Made by a program: the position numbers and the translations under genes. The notes under the pieces were generated by a model. It did no database searches and was not told the origin of the DNA. It worked only from the letters and a program-made list of their open reading frames with translations. DNA of 64,000 nucleotides, from assembly GCA_035622875.1 (NCBI GenBank), contig DASPUN010000016.1, forward strand, positions 26,706-90,705, written 5' to 3'. This DNA comes from Candidatus Acidiferrales bacterium (lineage in GTDB: Bacteria > Acidobacteriota > Terriglobia > Acidiferrales > UBA7541). Shown here in pieces: positions 16,237 to 26,641 of the stretch (position 1 is its first letter; each line of letters starts with the position of its first letter).

Positions 16237-19200
16237 CTAGTCCGTTCCTTGCGGCGCGACCGCCATCGGCTGGCCGTGTGTTCTGCGCCACCACACGCTG
16301 ATGCGATCCATATAGAGATAGACTACCGGCGTGGTGTAGAGCGTGAGCATCTGGCTGAAGATAAGCCCGCCGACGATGGTGATGCCCAGCGGGCGTCGCA
16401 GTTCGGAACCGACGCCATGACCCAATGCGAGCGGTGTCGCGCCCAACAGAGCCGCCATTGTCGTCATCAGGATCGGCCGGAATCGCAGGAGACAGGCCTG
16501 ATAAATCGCTTCTTTAGAACTCTTCCCCTCGTTGCGCTCTGCTCCGATCGCGAAATCGATCATCAAGATCGCATTTTTCTTCACGATTCCGATAAGCAAG
16601 ACCATTCCGATCAATCCGATGACGCTGAGATCTGTGCGAAATGCCATTAGCGCCAGGACGGCGCCGACGCCCGCCGAAGGCAACGTCGAAAGAATCGTAA
16701 TTGGGTGAATACAGCTTTCGTACAGAATACCGAGCACGATGTAGACCGCCAGAATCGCCGTTATGATCAGCAAAGGCTCGGTCGCAAGGGAAGCCTGATA
16801 GGCCTGAAAGGTACCCGAAAACATTGCATGGATCGTGTCCGGCATTCCGAGTCTTTCTTGCATCTGAGTGATCTCTGCTGACGCCTGGCTGAGAGCCACG
16901 CCCGGCGCGAGATTGAACGACACTGTCGCAGACGGCAACTGGCCCTGGTGATTCACGGCGAGCGCCGCCGTCGTCGGTTCGAAGCGCGTGATCGCGCTGA
17001 GCGGCACTTCGCCCCCCGTTTCGGGATGGACGTAGATGTCGTTTAAGCTCTTTGGGTCCTGCCAATACTGCGGCGCAACCTCCATCACGACGTAGTATTG
17101 ATTGAGCGGCGTATACATCGTCGAGACAAGCGCCTGCCCGAAGGCTTGATACAGAGTGCGATCGATCAGTTCAGGCGTAATTCCCATTCGTGCCGCCGTC
17201 GGACGATCGTAGACCAGCGCAGCCTCCAGACCGCTGTTTTGCTGGTCTGTATCGACGTCTCTGAGCATGGGGAGTTTTTTCATCTCCGCAAACAGCGCCG
17301 GTCCCCATTTGACGAGATCATTCAGGTTGTCGCTCTGAATCGTGTATTGGTACTGCGCGTTGCTTTGCCGTCCCCCAATCCGCAGATCCTGACCCGCCTG
17401 AAGGACAACTCGTGCGCCAATCAAACCGTTCAATTTCGGCCGCAAACGATCGATTACCTGGCTCGATGTAAGTTTTCGCTGATTGAGCGGCTTAAGGCCG
17501 ATGTAGACATTTCCGGTGTTCGTCGAACCGCCGCCGGTGAAAGCCATCACGTTGGCCACCGCAGGATCGGTCCGGACGGTGTCCACAACCCGTTTCACGA
17601 TTTGGCTCATCGCCTGATACGAGATGTCCTGCTGGCCACGTATGCCGCCAGAGACGATTCCGTTGTCCTGCAATGGGAAAAATCCCTTGGGAACGATGAT
17701 GAGCAGAAAAACATTCACTGCGATCGTCATCATCAGAACGCCGAGCGTCAGAGCGGCGTGGTCGAGCACCCAGGCAAGCGTTCGCTCATAGAAGTCCAGG
17801 ATGCCGCGGAACGACTTTTCGCTCGCCTCGTACAGGCGGTTATGTCGCTCTGTCTGCGGGCGAGTGAGCAGCCTCGAACACATCATGGGAGTCGCGGTCA
17901 GCGAGACGAGCAGCGAAACCAGTATCGCGACGGATAGCGTGACCGCAAATTCCCTGAAAAGACGCCCGACGATTCCGCCCATCAGCAAGATGGGAATGAA
18001 TACGGCGATGAGCGATAGGCTGATCGAGAGAACGGTAAATCCGATTTCCTCAGCTCCCTTGAGCGCCGCTTTCATCGGGCTCAGGCCCATTTCGAGGTAG
18101 CGCGTAACGTTCTCAATTACGACAACGGCGTCGTCCACGACAAATCCTGTCGAAATCGTGAGGGCCATCAGCGAGAGGTTGTCGATACTGTAGCCGCACA
18201 AGTACATCACCGCGAAAGTTCCAACCAGCGAGACCGGCACGGCCACGCTTGGAATCGCCGTTGCACGCACATTGCGAAGGAAAACGAAAACCACCAGGAT
18301 CACCAGCGAAATCGCGATTGCGAGTGTGCGCTCGACATCCGACACCGATGCGCGGATCGTCGTCGTGCGGTCGATCACGATCGTCATGTCGATACCCGAG
18401 GGAATCGAAGCCTTCAGAGACGGCATTGCTTCGTAGATTCGGTCAACGGTGTCTATGATGTTCGCTCCCGGCTGGCGGGAAATAATCAAGTTGACGCAGG
18501 GCTTTCCATTGACATACCCCGAGTTGCGTATGTTCTGATTCGAATCTTCCACATCTGCGACATCCGACAACCGAACGGCAGCGCCATTGTGATAGCCGAC
18601 GATCAAAGGTCTGTAGAAGTCAGCCTTGAGAAGCTGATCGTTCGCCAGGATGTCGCGACTCGTCGTGTCGTCCCAGACCTGCCCCTTGGCCAGGTTGGAG
18701 TTCTGACTGCCCAACATGCTGGCAACGTTCTGTAGGCCCAGTCCGTAGCTGTTCAGTTGTGTGGGATTCAACTCGACGCGCACCGCCGGCAGTGAGCTGC
18801 CGCCTACGTTCACCTGCCCGACACCCGGAACCTGCGAAATTCTCTGCATCATGATCGAGGAAGCGGCGTCGTAAAGCTTCGCGCGATCGTAGATGTCCGA
18901 AGTTAGCCCGAGAATCATTATGGGCGAGTCGGCAGGATTCACCTTCTTGTAGGTTGGGTTGGAGGGAAGATCGATCGGCAGGTAGCTGCGCGCTGCGTTG
19001 ATCGCAGCTTGAACATCTCGGGCGGCACCGTCGATATTGCGATTCAATTCGAACTGAATCGTGATGTTCGTGCTCCCGATAGAGCTGGTGGACGTCATTT
19101 CCGTGATGCCCGCAATCCGTCCGAACTGGCGCTCGAGCGGCGTTGCGACCGAGGACGCCATGATTTCGGGGCTCGCGCCAGGCAGGCCTGCCGAAACATT

Positions 19201-19335
19201 TATTGTTGGGAAGTCGATCTGGGGAAGCGGCGAGACGGGGAGAAACTTGAACGCCACGGCGCCGGCGAGCGCGATGCCAATCGTCAGCAACGTAGTCGCG
19301 ACGGGTCTCCGAATGAATGGCGCGGATATGTTCAT
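16237..19335 (-). CDS. mdtC: multidrug efflux RND permease, MdtC-like
   Basis: 1032 aa. [20 protein letters not shown]-terminus and 12-TM AcrB/MdtBC architecture. Start overlaps the upstream gene stop by 4 nt. Confidence 0.85.
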   Translation of the reverse strand: MNISAPFIRRPVATTLLTIGIALAGAVAFKFLPVSPLPQIDFPTINVSAGLPGASPEIMASSVATPLERQFGRIAGITEMTSTSSIGSTNITIQFELNRNIDGAARDVQAAINAARSYLPIDLPSNPTYKKVNPADSPIMILGLTSDIYDRAKLYDAASSIMMQRISQVPGVGQVNVGGSSLPAVRVELNPTQLNSYGLGLQNVASMLGSQNSNLAKGQVWDDTTSRDILANDQLLKADFYRPLIVGYHNGAAVRLSDVADVEDSNQNIRNSGYVNGKPCVNLIISRQPGANIIDTVDRIYEAMPSLKASIPSGIDMTIVIDRTTTIRASVSDVERTLAIAISLVILVVFVFLRNVRATAIPSVAVPVSLVGTFAVMYLCGYSIDNLSLMALTISTGFVVDDAVVVIENVTRYLEMGLSPMKAALKGAEEIGFTVLSISLSLIAVFIPILLMGGIVGRLFREFAVTLSVAILVSLLVSLTATPMMCSRLLTRPQTERHNRLYEASEKSFRGILDFYERTLAWVLDHAALTLGVLMMTIAVNVFLLIIVPKGFFPLQDNGIVSGGIRGQQDISYQAMSQIVKRVVDTVRTDPAVANVMAFTGGGSTNTGNVYIGLKPLNQRKLTSSQVIDRLRPKLNGLIGARVVLQAGQDLRIGGRQSNAQYQYTIQSDNLNDLVKWGPALFAEMKKLPMLRDVDTDQQNSGLEAALVYDRPTAARMGITPELIDRTLYQAFGQALVSTMYTPLNQYYVVMEVAPQYWQDPKSLNDIYVHPETGGEVPLSAITRFEPTTAALAVNHQGQLPSATVSFNLAPGVALSQASAEITQMQERLGMPDTIHAMFSGTFQAYQASLATEPLLIITAILAVYIVLGILYESCIHPITILSTLPSAGVGAVLALMAFRTDLSVIGLIGMVLLIGIVKKNAILMIDFAIGAERNEGKSSKEAIYQACLLRFRPILMTTMAALLGATPLALGHGVGSELRRPLGITIVGGLIFSQMLTLYTTPVVYLYMDRISVWWRRTHGQPMAVAPQGTD

Positions 19336-22300
19336 GGTGCATCCGGCGAAAGTGCTTCGGAACCCACCTCACCCGCGCGAGAACGTGAAAACCGGTGGGC
19401 CAGACGATCGAAGAAGATGTAGATCACAGGCGTGGTGTATAGCGTCAGCACCTGACTTACGAGCAGGCCCCCGACCATGGCAATTCCGAGTGGGCGGCGC
19501 AATTCGGAACCGATTCCTGTACCGAGCGCGAGCGGCAATCCTGCGAGCAGTGCCGCCATGGTCGTCATCATGATCGGGCGGAAGCGCAGTAGGCACGCCT
19601 GGTAGATCGCTTCGGTGGAATTCTTCCCTTCCTTTCGCTCGGCCTCGAGCGCGAAGTCGATCATCATGATTCCGTTTTTCTTTACGATTCCGATCAGGAG
19701 GATGATGCCGATCAGCGCCACGACGCTCAATTCCGTGCGGCAGACCATCAGAGCCAAAATGGCGCCCACTCCGGCCGAAGGAAGTGTCGAGAGGATCGTG
19801 ATCGGATGGATGTAGCTCTCGTAAAGGACCCCCAGTACGATGTAAACCGTCACCAGAGCCGCCAAAATCAGCAATGGCTCGCTCGAGAGCGATGCCTGAA
19901 ACGATGCCGCAGTACCCTGGAACGCCCCTTGAATGCTGAGCGGCATTCCGATTTCGCCCTTTATCTTGTCGATCGCATCGGTTGCTTCACCCAGTGAAGC
20001 GTTCGGCGCAAGATTGAACGAGATGGTCACCACCGGAAACTGGCCTTGATGATTGACGGCCAGTGGAGCGCTCGTAGGCTCGAAACGGGCGAACGCGCTC
20101 AGCGGCACGGCGGCGCCGTTTACGCTCGTCACCACGGGCAGAGTGGATGACGTGACGGCCGTATTCGCGGCGGGCCCCGACGTGCCTGCCGTGGCCATTG
20201 GCCCGCCTCCGGATCCGCCTGAGCTTGAAGACGTCGGCGCCGTCGCCGAACGCACGTAAATGTCCTTCAGCTTGTCGGGGTCTCGCCGAAATTCAGGCAT
20301 GGTTTCGAGCACGACGTGGTACTGATTCAGCTGTGTGTATAGCGTCGAGATCTGGCGCTGCCCGAAAGCGTCATACAGTGTTTCGTCGATGACTTCGGGC
20401 GTAATTCCCATTCGCGACGCCGTCACCCGGTCGATCACCAGCGATGCGGCCAAGCCGGAGGTTTGTTGGTCCGTAGCGACATCGGTCAGCTGCGGAAGTG
20501 CCTTTAGCTTCTCGACGAACTTCGCGGTCCAGGTGTTCAACTCATTTTGATTCGGATCTTCCAGTGTGTACTGATATTGCGTCCTGCTCACACGGTCCTC
20601 GACCGTCAGATCCTGCACGGGTTGCATGTAGAGAGTGATGCCTTCGACCTGTTCCAACTTTGGCTGAAGGCGCCGAATGACGTCGGATGCGCTGATCTTC
20701 CTCTCTTCGAGCGGTTTGAGCGTGATGAGAATGCGTCCGCTGTTTAAGGTCGTATTGGTGCCATCCACTCCGATGAAAGAAGAAATGTTATCGACGGCCG
20801 GATCCTTCAAAATGACTTTCGCCAATTCCTGCTGCCTTTCGGACATGGCCGGGAACGAAATCGTCTGTGGCGCTTGCGAAAAGCCCTGAATGATTCCAGT
20901 GTCCTGCACGGGGAAGAAGCCCTTCGGCACGACAATGTAGAGAATGATCGTAAGAACGAGAGTTCCCACAGCGACAAGCAGCGTGGCGGTCTGGTATCTC
21001 AAGACCCATTGAAGACTTCTTCCGTAGGCGGCAATGACGCGGTCGAGCGCCTTCCCCGAAGCTCGGAAGAACTTCCCTTGTTCCTGTTCCGGCGTATGTT
21101 TGAGCAATCTGGCGCTCATCATCGGCGTCAGCGTCAGCGAAACCGCAGCCGAAACCAGAATCGTGACTGCCAGCGTGACAGCGAACTCCCGGAACAACCG
21201 CCCTACGATGTCGCCCATGAACAGCAAAGGGATTAGGACGGCGATCAATGAAATCGTCAGCGAGATAATCGTGAACCCAATCTGCTCCGCGCCTTTCAGC
21301 GCTGCTACGATGGGTTTGTTGCCCTGCTCGATAAAGCGGGCAATGTTCTCGATCATTACAATGGCGTCGTCGACCACGAAGCCCGTCGAGATCGTCAGCG
21401 CCATCAGCGTCAGATTGTTGAGGCTGTAGCCCGCCAGATACATCACGCCGAACGTGCCGATCAGAGAAAGCGGGACTGCGATGCTCGGAATTATCGTTGC
21501 GGAAAAACTGCGCAGGAAAAGGAAAATCACCATCACGACCAGAGCCACAGTCAGCATCAGCTCGAACTCGACGTCCTTGACCGATGCTCGAATCGTGATC
21601 GTGCGATCTGTCAAAATCTGCACCTGCACGGAGGCTGGCAGGCTCGTGCGCAGGTACGGCAGGAGTTTCTGAATGCGGTCCACCACTTGAATGATGTTGG
21701 CGCCAGGCTGCCGCTGAATGTTGACGATCACCGCAGGCGTCGTGTTCATCCACGCGGCTTGTTTCACGTTTTCCGCGCCGTCCACTACATTCGCTACGTC
21801 GGAAAGCAGCACCGGCGCGCCGTTGCGGTATGCCACAACCACATTGCGGAAATCGGCGCTCGTCGCCAGCTGATCGTTTGCATCAATTTGATAGTCCTGT
21901 CGCGGACCGTCAAAGTTGCCCTTGGCCAGGTCGAGGCTCGTCTGCTGCAGCGCGCCTCGGACGTCTTCCAAGTTGATACCGAATGAAGAAAGCGCCGTCG
22001 GATTGACCTCGATGCGAACCGCCGGCTTCTGCCCGCCGCTGATGCTCACCAAGCCCACGCCCGGTAGCTGCGAGATTTTCTGAGCGAGCCTCGTGTCCGC
22101 CAGGTCTTCAACCTGTGCCAGCGGCAACGTTTTCGATGTCAGCGCCAAAGTCAGGACAGGTGTGTCGGCTGGATTCGACTTGCTGTAGATGGGCGGCGTA
22201 GGGAGGTCCGGCGGAAGATAAGTTTGCGCGGCGTTGATCGACTCCTGCACCTCTTGTTCTGCGACGTCGATATTCAGATTGAGATTGAATTGCAAGACGA

Positions 22301-22571
22301 TCACGGAGCTCCCGTCCGAGCTCGTCGAAGTCATTTGCGTCAGGCCCGGCACTTCGCCGAACTGCCGCTCGAGTGGGGCGGTGACTGCGGAAGCCATCAC
22401 ATCCGGGCTGGCGCCGGGATAAAACGTGATGATCTGAATCGTAGGGTAGTCAACCTCGGGGAGCGCCGAAATCGGCAACTGCGTGTATGCAACAAAGCCC
22501 GCCAGCAGAATTGCCGCCATCAACAACGATGTTGCGACAGGCCGTTCGATGAACGGCCGGGACGGACTCAT
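19332..22571 (-). CDS. mdtB: multidrug efflux RND permease, MdtB-like
   Basis: 1079 aa. [41 protein letters not shown] closely resembles the MdtB sequence as I recall it. Carries a Ser/Gly/Thr/Ala-rich insertion (see findings). Confidence 0.85.
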   Translation of the reverse strand: MSPSRPFIERPVATSLLMAAILLAGFVAYTQLPISALPEVDYPTIQIITFYPGASPDVMASAVTAPLERQFGEVPGLTQMTSTSSDGSSVIVLQFNLNLNIDVAEQEVQESINAAQTYLPPDLPTPPIYSKSNPADTPVLTLALTSKTLPLAQVEDLADTRLAQKISQLPGVGLVSISGGQKPAVRIEVNPTALSSFGINLEDVRGALQQTSLDLAKGNFDGPRQDYQIDANDQLATSADFRNVVVAYRNGAPVLLSDVANVVDGAENVKQAAWMNTTPAVIVNIQRQPGANIIQVVDRIQKLLPYLRTSLPASVQVQILTDRTITIRASVKDVEFELMLTVALVVMVIFLFLRSFSATIIPSIAVPLSLIGTFGVMYLAGYSLNNLTLMALTISTGFVVDDAIVMIENIARFIEQGNKPIVAALKGAEQIGFTIISLTISLIAVLIPLLFMGDIVGRLFREFAVTLAVTILVSAAVSLTLTPMMSARLLKHTPEQEQGKFFRASGKALDRVIAAYGRSLQWVLRYQTATLLVAVGTLVLTIILYIVVPKGFFPVQDTGIIQGFSQAPQTISFPAMSERQQELAKVILKDPAVDNISSFIGVDGTNTTLNSGRILITLKPLEERKISASDVIRRLQPKLEQVEGITLYMQPVQDLTVEDRVSRTQYQYTLEDPNQNELNTWTAKFVEKLKALPQLTDVATDQQTSGLAASLVIDRVTASRMGITPEVIDETLYDAFGQRQISTLYTQLNQYHVVLETMPEFRRDPDKLKDIYVRSATAPTSSSSGGSGGGPMATAGTSGPAANTAVTSSTLPVVTSVNGAAVPLSAFARFEPTSAPLAVNHQGQFPVVTISFNLAPNASLGEATDAIDKIKGEIGMPLSIQGAFQGTAASFQASLSSEPLLILAALVTVYIVLGVLYESYIHPITILSTLPSAGVGAILALMVCRTELSVVALIGIILLIGIVKKNGIMMIDFALEAERKEGKNSTEAIYQACLLRFRPIMMTTMAALLAGLPLALGTGIGSELRRPLGIAMVGGLLVSQVLTLYTTPVIYIFFDRLAHRFSRSRAGEVGSEALSPDAP

Positions 22572-23836
22572 GGGGCCTGATCTCCGCTCGAACTGCTCGA
22601 GCCTTGTTGCCCTTTCTGGCCTCGCTGACCAGTGCGTTGCTCTACTTTGATGCCGTCTTGCAGCTTGTCAAAGCCGTTCACGGCAACCACGTCTCCCGCC
22701 TGGATGCCCTGCACCGCTGTGACATTGCCGTCGCTTGCGCCGACCGTGATGTTTTTCACCGACGCCGTCTGATCCTTCTGGATCACGTAGACGAATGCTT
22801 GCTGAGAATTTCGTTGAATGGCCGGCGTTGGCACGAGGATCGCGTCCTGCTGCGTTTCGACCAGCAGTCTCGCGTTCACAAATTGGCTGGGGAAAAGGGC
22901 ATTATCCCGATTGTCGAATATCGCCCGCAGCTTTACCGTGCCGGTCGTCGTATCAACCTGGTTATCGATGGTCACCAACGTACCTGTCGCTATCGTTTTT
23001 TCCTGCGCACGATCTAGTGCGTCGACCTTCATCTTGCGCCCGTGTTCGAGCTGCTTCTGGATTTCGGAAAGGGAGTCCTCCGCCACGCTGAAGATCACGG
23101 TGATCGGCTGAAGTTGCGTCACGACGACCAGTGGCGTCGTGCTGTTCGCCTGCACGATATTTCCCGGATCCACGAGCCGCAGACCTACCCGGCCGTCGAT
23201 GGGCGAAGTGATGTGGCAATAGGCGAGGTTTATCTTGGCATTCTCGAGGGCGCCCTGATCATTCTGAACGGTTCCCTGATCCTGCAGCACAGCCTGCTCC
23301 TGATCGTAGACCTGCTGCTGGGAGATTGCGTTTCTGCTCAGTGCGGCCTTGTAGCGGTCGAGGTCGATGCGCGCTTCGCTGAGTACCGCCGTGTCGTGTG
23401 CAAGCTGGCCTTCGGCTTGCGTGAGCGCCGCTTGGTAAGGACGGGGGTCGATTTCCAGCAGGGGATCTCCCTTTTTCACCATCTGGCCTTCGCGGTAGCT
23501 CACTTCCATAATCTGACCTTGCACCCGGCTCGTTACCGTCACCGTGTACACCGGTGTGACTGTGCCGAGAGCTTCGACGTAGATCCCCATCGATCCTTGG
23601 CTGGCAACTGCGGTCGCCACCGGTATCGGCTTGGAGCTGTTGTCTGCCTTTACCTTCTCCTCTTGCACTGCCGCTTGATGCTGGTAATAAAGAAATCCCA
23701 CGAACGCTGCCAGCACAACGATCACGATCACCCAGGCTCGCTTACTTGGTTGCCCAGGCTTCGCAGGAGTGCCAGAAGCACTTGAAGACAACGAAGACGT
23801 GTGGTCCGGTCCTGGCTTAAACGTAGAATCGGGCAT
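22568..23836 (-). CDS. mdtA: RND efflux periplasmic adaptor (membrane fusion protein), MdtA-like
   Basis: N-terminal TM anchor, then HlyD/biotinyl-lipoyl-like, coiled-coil and beta-barrel regions. 4-nt overlap with mdtB. Confidence 0.8.
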   Translation of the reverse strand: MPDSTFKPGPDHTSSLSSSASGTPAKPGQPSKRAWVIVIVVLAAFVGFLYYQHQAAVQEEKVKADNSSKPIPVATAVASQGSMGIYVEALGTVTPVYTVTVTSRVQGQIMEVSYREGQMVKKGDPLLEIDPRPYQAALTQAEGQLAHDTAVLSEARIDLDRYKAALSRNAISQQQVYDQEQAVLQDQGTVQNDQGALENAKINLAYCHITSPIDGRVGLRLVDPGNIVQANSTTPLVVVTQLQPITVIFSVAEDSLSEIQKQLEHGRKMKVDALDRAQEKTIATGTLVTIDNQVDTTTGTVKLRAIFDNRDNALFPSQFVNARLLVETQQDAILVPTPAIQRNSQQAFVYVIQKDQTASVKNITVGASDGNVTAVQGIQAGDVVAVNGFDKLQDGIKVEQRTGQRGQKGQQGSSSSSGDQAP

Positions 23837-24098
23837 AGCTGTTCTTATCCACCCTGTTCCGTTCGGCGCGTCGGACTTATATGACGGCTGGCTGAAATCC
23901 TCAGTTACAGCTCAGAATTGACGAAGTGGCTGACGCCTTACTCTCATTCATTCCGCTTTTCGACCGACGACAAAGCCATTTCACGCTCGCCCTAAGCGCT
24001 CAAGTCTAGCTTCTGCGATGCACGTTTCAGAAGCAGCGGCATCAATGATCTGTTGTATGGACACATCCTGCCACACGAGGGAACGTCAGCGGGTGAGA

Positions 24099-24170
24099 TG
24101 GTAGGCCCGTGCGGGCTCGAACCGCAGACCTGGCCGACCAAGTCGGCCCGCTCTAGCCAATCGGCCCACC
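24099..24170 (-). pseudogene. 5'-truncated tRNA-like element on a tRNA-Val backbone
   Basis: The 33-nt 3' end (variable loop, T arm, acceptor 3' strand, ACCA) is identical to tRNA-Val at 24417-24449. The 12-nt D-loop segment CGCTCTAGCCAA is identical at the same 50-nt offset. The anticodon arm is replaced by GGCCGA-CTTGG-TCGGCC. No 5' acceptor strand or D-stem 5' strand can be formed. Confidence 0.5.
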
Positions 24171-24404
24171 GACAAGCTCCTTGATCATCCTCGCAGATTT
24201 CCAGCGCTTGATTTCCAGTTCTCGTTTGCGAGCCTCCAGTAGCGTAGGGAATTTCTCGGTATGAACGAGTTTCCACGGCCCACGGCCACGAGTCGACGGC
24301 GTGTGCCCGCGCTTATGCTCGGAAAGGCGCCGTTCCAGTTCATCGGTCGAGCCGACATAGAATCGGCCGGACGTCTCGCTCTGAAGGATGTACACGATTC
24401 CCAC
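24153..24404 (-). CDS. GIY-YIG nuclease family protein (small YhbQ/UPF0213-like)
   Basis: 83 aa. IVYILQSETSGRFYVGSTDELERRLSEHKRG carries the GIY...YVG motifs, and a conserved Arg and Glu follow. GTG start lies 12 nt after the CCA end of tRNA-Val. The last 8 codons and the TAG stop lie in the tRNA-like remnant. Confidence 0.8.
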   Translation of the reverse strand: MGIVYILQSETSGRFYVGSTDELERRLSEHKRGHTPSTRGRGPWKLVHTEKFPTLLEARKRELEIKRWKSARMIKELVGGPIG

Positions 24405-24416
24405 GACACAAAGGAA

Positions 24417-24493
24417 TGGTAGGCCCGTGCGGGCTCGAACCGCAGACCTCTACCGTGTCAAGGTAGCGCTCTAGCCAACTGAGCTACGGGCCT
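24417..24493 (-). tRNA. tRNA-Val (anticodon GAC), CCA encoded
   Basis: Hand-folded: acceptor AGGCCCG/CGGGCCT, D arm GCTC-AGTTGGCTA-GAGC, anticodon arm CTACC-TTGACAC-GGTAG, variable loop AGGTC, T arm TGCGG-TTCGAGC-CCGCA, then ACCA. Confidence 0.9.
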
Positions 24494-24507
24494 ACTGACG
24501 TGACGTC

Positions 24508-24516
24508 ATTTTATCA
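24508..24516 (-). promoter_or_regulatory. possible extended -10 promoter element (TGATAAAAT) for tRNA-Val
   Basis: Minus-strand TGnTAAAAT ends 14 nt upstream of the tRNA 5' end. No clear -35 element. Confidence 0.3.
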
Positions 24517-24643
24517 CAGCGCTTCCCTCGGCCCGGCCGATACTCTTGCCGTCGGATGGAGTTTGTGAGATGTTCCGCACTTAGGCCCCAGTCCCATCAG
24601 CCGAGACTCGTATGTCGCGAGCGTCGCGCAAAGAAGGACTACT

Positions 24644-25048
24644 GTGAACTGGCCTCGCGTTCTCCTGGCGGTCCTTACAGCCGGACTTGTTAGCTCCTTC
24701 ACCGATTGGTTTTTCGCCGGCGTCCTGTTTCACGACAAATATTTGGCATATCCCGAGGTGTGGCGGCAGAGCTCTGGCAAAAGCGAGACTCCGGCGGTCG
24801 CGTGGAGCGTCGTTCTTGGATTTCTCACGGTGGCGGCCTTCATCATCGCCTGTGAGGAATTCCACGTGCGCGGATACGCCGCCACCTTGGAACTGGCAGC
24901 TCTCTGCTGGTTCATGGTTCCGCTTCCGCTCCTGATCACAAACGCACTTTTCATCAAGCTGCATCCGCTCGTCGTCGTTTCTCACTCGCTCGGATGGCTC
25001 GCCAAGCTCGTTCTTGCGGCGCTCGCTTCAGTATTGCTAGCCCACTAG
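24644..25048 (+). CDS. small integral membrane protein (possibly DUF1761-like)
   Basis: 134 aa with four hydrophobic segments and a GTG start. The family assignment is only a guess from the N-terminal FTDWFFAGVLFHDKY pattern. Confidence 0.45.
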   Translation: MNWPRVLLAVLTAGLVSSFTDWFFAGVLFHDKYLAYPEVWRQSSGKSETPAVAWSVVLGFLTVAAFIIACEEFHVRGYAATLELAALCWFMVPLPLLITNALFIKLHPLVVVSHSLGWLAKLVLAALASVLLAH

Positions 25049-25086
25049 ACAGCTTCAACAAATTTTCATCTCCTACAAATTATCTG

Positions 25087-25142
25087 TTGACAGCACGTGC
25101 ATACGGTAATGTATGATTATGCAAGCGCGTGAATATTCACGC
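25087..25142 (+). promoter_or_regulatory. putative arg operon promoter/operator region
   Basis: TTGACA (25087-25092), then 19 nt, then TATGAT (25112-25117). AT-rich inverted repeats TGCATA...TATGCA (25098-25123). A perfect 16-bp palindrome GCGTGAATATTCACGC (25127-25142) lies just upstream of the argR ATG. Confidence 0.4.
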
Positions 25143-25151
25143 ATCGGCGAA

Positions 25152-25604
25152 ATGAGCGTACAAAAGCGATTCCGGCAAGGTCAGATCTTGAAGCTCCTCA
25201 CGGGCCAGCCCGTTGGCAGCCAGGATGAATTGCGCCGCCGCCTCGGGCACCTCGGCGTGCGCGTCACGCAGGCCACTCTTTCCCGCGACTTGCGCGAGCT
25301 TCGCCTCGTGAAAACATCCGAGGGATATCGACCGCTCGCGGCAGCTGCGACCGAGGAGATTGCTCCCTTGCCCACGCTTGCTCGCGCCCTTAAGGACTTC
25401 TTGCTTGACGTCCGCCCGGCGCAAAACATGCTCGTGCTGAAGACGCCGCCGAGCGGCGCGCAGCCGCTCGCCGCAGCCGTCGATGGCGAGCATTGGAAGG
25501 AAGTGGCCGGCACGCTCGCGGGCGATGACACCGTGCTTGTCATCTGTTCCTCCCGCAACGCTTGCAGCACGCTCCAGCGCCGCCTGGAGGAAATGCTCCG
25601 ATGA
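25152..25604 (+). CDS. argR: arginine repressor
   Basis: QKRFRQGQILKLL...SQDELRRRLGHLGVRVTQATLSRDLRELRLVK winged helix, and a C-terminal GDDTVLVI oligomerisation/arginine-binding motif. ATG 25152 is preferred because the track start at 25113 would cover the palindrome. Confidence 0.85.
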   Translation: MSVQKRFRQGQILKLLTGQPVGSQDELRRRLGHLGVRVTQATLSRDLRELRLVKTSEGYRPLAAAATEEIAPLPTLARALKDFLLDVRPAQNMLVLKTPPSGAQPLAAAVDGEHWKEVAGTLAGDDTVLVICSSRNACSTLQRRLEEMLR

Positions 25605-26641
25605 GCGACCCCTGCCGGGTCGCCGTCGTCGGAGTCACGGGCTACGCGGGATTCGAGCTGGCCCGGCTTCTGCTGCGGCACCCACACATCGAGAAGACGA
25701 CGTTCTTCCTCCGCGAAAGCTACGGCAACGTTCGGTGCCTCACCGAGCTTTTCCCGCAGCTTCGCGGCTGGGGAGACGCTCCGTGCCGCCCGCTGACGGT
25801 CGATGCCGTCGCGACAAGTGGCGCGGAGGTCGTATTTCTTTCAACGCCGCACGAAGCTTCTCTTGAACTCGTTCCGCAACTTCTCGCGGCGAATCCGGCG
25901 CTCCGCATAGTCGATTTGAGCGGAGCGTTTCGATTTCACAGCGGAGAGACTTTTGCGAAGTGGTACAAGCTCCCGTCACCGGACGCGAATTCGCTCGCGC
26001 AAGCTGTGTACGGTCTGCCGGAACTCTACGCGGATGCCTTGCCAAAGGCCCGGATCGTCGGGAATCCAGGTTGCTATCCAACTTCCGTGATTCTGGGCCT
26101 CAAGCCACTTGTCGATGCGGGCTGGATCAACATGACGCGCGGCATCGTTTGCGACTGCAAGTCCGGAGTTACTGGCGCCGGCAAGGAACCAAAGCGCGAC
26201 ACTCACTTCGTCGAAGTGAACGAGAACTTCCGCGCTTACGGCTTATTCACGCATCGCCACACCCCGGAAGTTTCCGATCATCTCGGCCTCGCACCGAAGG
26301 ATTTCGTGTTTACAACGCATCTTCTGCCGGTCGATCGCGGAATTCTTTCAACGCTCTACGTTTGGCTGCAGTCTCCGCGCAAAGCGGAAGATGTGGAAGC
26401 TCTCTACCGTAAGTTTTACTCGGGCAAGCCGATGGTCCGCATCATGCCGGTCGGCACACTGCCCGAGCTTCAGTACGTGACGCACACGAATTTCTGCGAC
26501 ATCGGCTTCGCGCTCGACCCCGCGGGCGAGCGGCTGGTGATCGTTTCCTGCTTGGACAATCTCGGCAAGGGTGCGGCCGGTCAGGCCGTACAAAACTTCA
26601 ATGGGATGCGCGGGTATCCCGAAACGGCGGGATTGCTATGA
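25601..26641 (+). CDS. argC: N-acetyl-gamma-glutamyl-phosphate reductase
   Basis: VAVVGVTGYAGFELARLL NAD fold and active-site region GNPGCYPTS. ATGA overlap with the argR stop. Confidence 0.9.
   Translation: MSDPCRVAVVGVTGYAGFELARLLLRHPHIEKTTFFLRESYGNVRCLTELFPQLRGWGDAPCRPLTVDAVATSGAEVVFLSTPHEASLELVPQLLAANPALRIVDLSGAFRFHSGETFAKWYKLPSPDANSLAQAVYGLPELYADALPKARIVGNPGCYPTSVILGLKPLVDAGWINMTRGIVCDCKSGVTGAGKEPKRDTHFVEVNENFRAYGLFTHRHTPEVSDHLGLAPKDFVFTTHLLPVDRGILSTLYVWLQSPRKAEDVEALYRKFYSGKPMVRIMPVGTLPELQYVTHTNFCDIGFALDPAGERLVIVSCLDNLGKGAAGQAVQNFNGMRGYPETAGLL

Noticed and set aside
24099-24180. Second tRNA gene downstream of the GIY-YIG ORF
   Set aside because: Only the D-loop, T arm and 3' acceptor strand are tRNA-like. 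No 5' acceptor strand or D-stem 5' strand can pair. With its 6-bp stem the anticodon hairpin leaves a 5-nt loop; the alternative 5-bp/7-nt fold puts C at position 33. I treat it as a remnant or tRNA-like element, not a functional tRNA.
23837-24643. Integrative element / genomic island at the tRNA genes
   Set aside because: There is no integrase, excisionase or phage gene within several kb on either side. The only extra gene is the 83-aa GIY-YIG ORF.
25127-25142. Canonical ARG box
   Set aside because: The TGAAT and ATTCA half-sites are directly adjacent, instead of separated by four A/T bases as in the 18-bp consensus. I keep it only as a candidate non-canonical operator.
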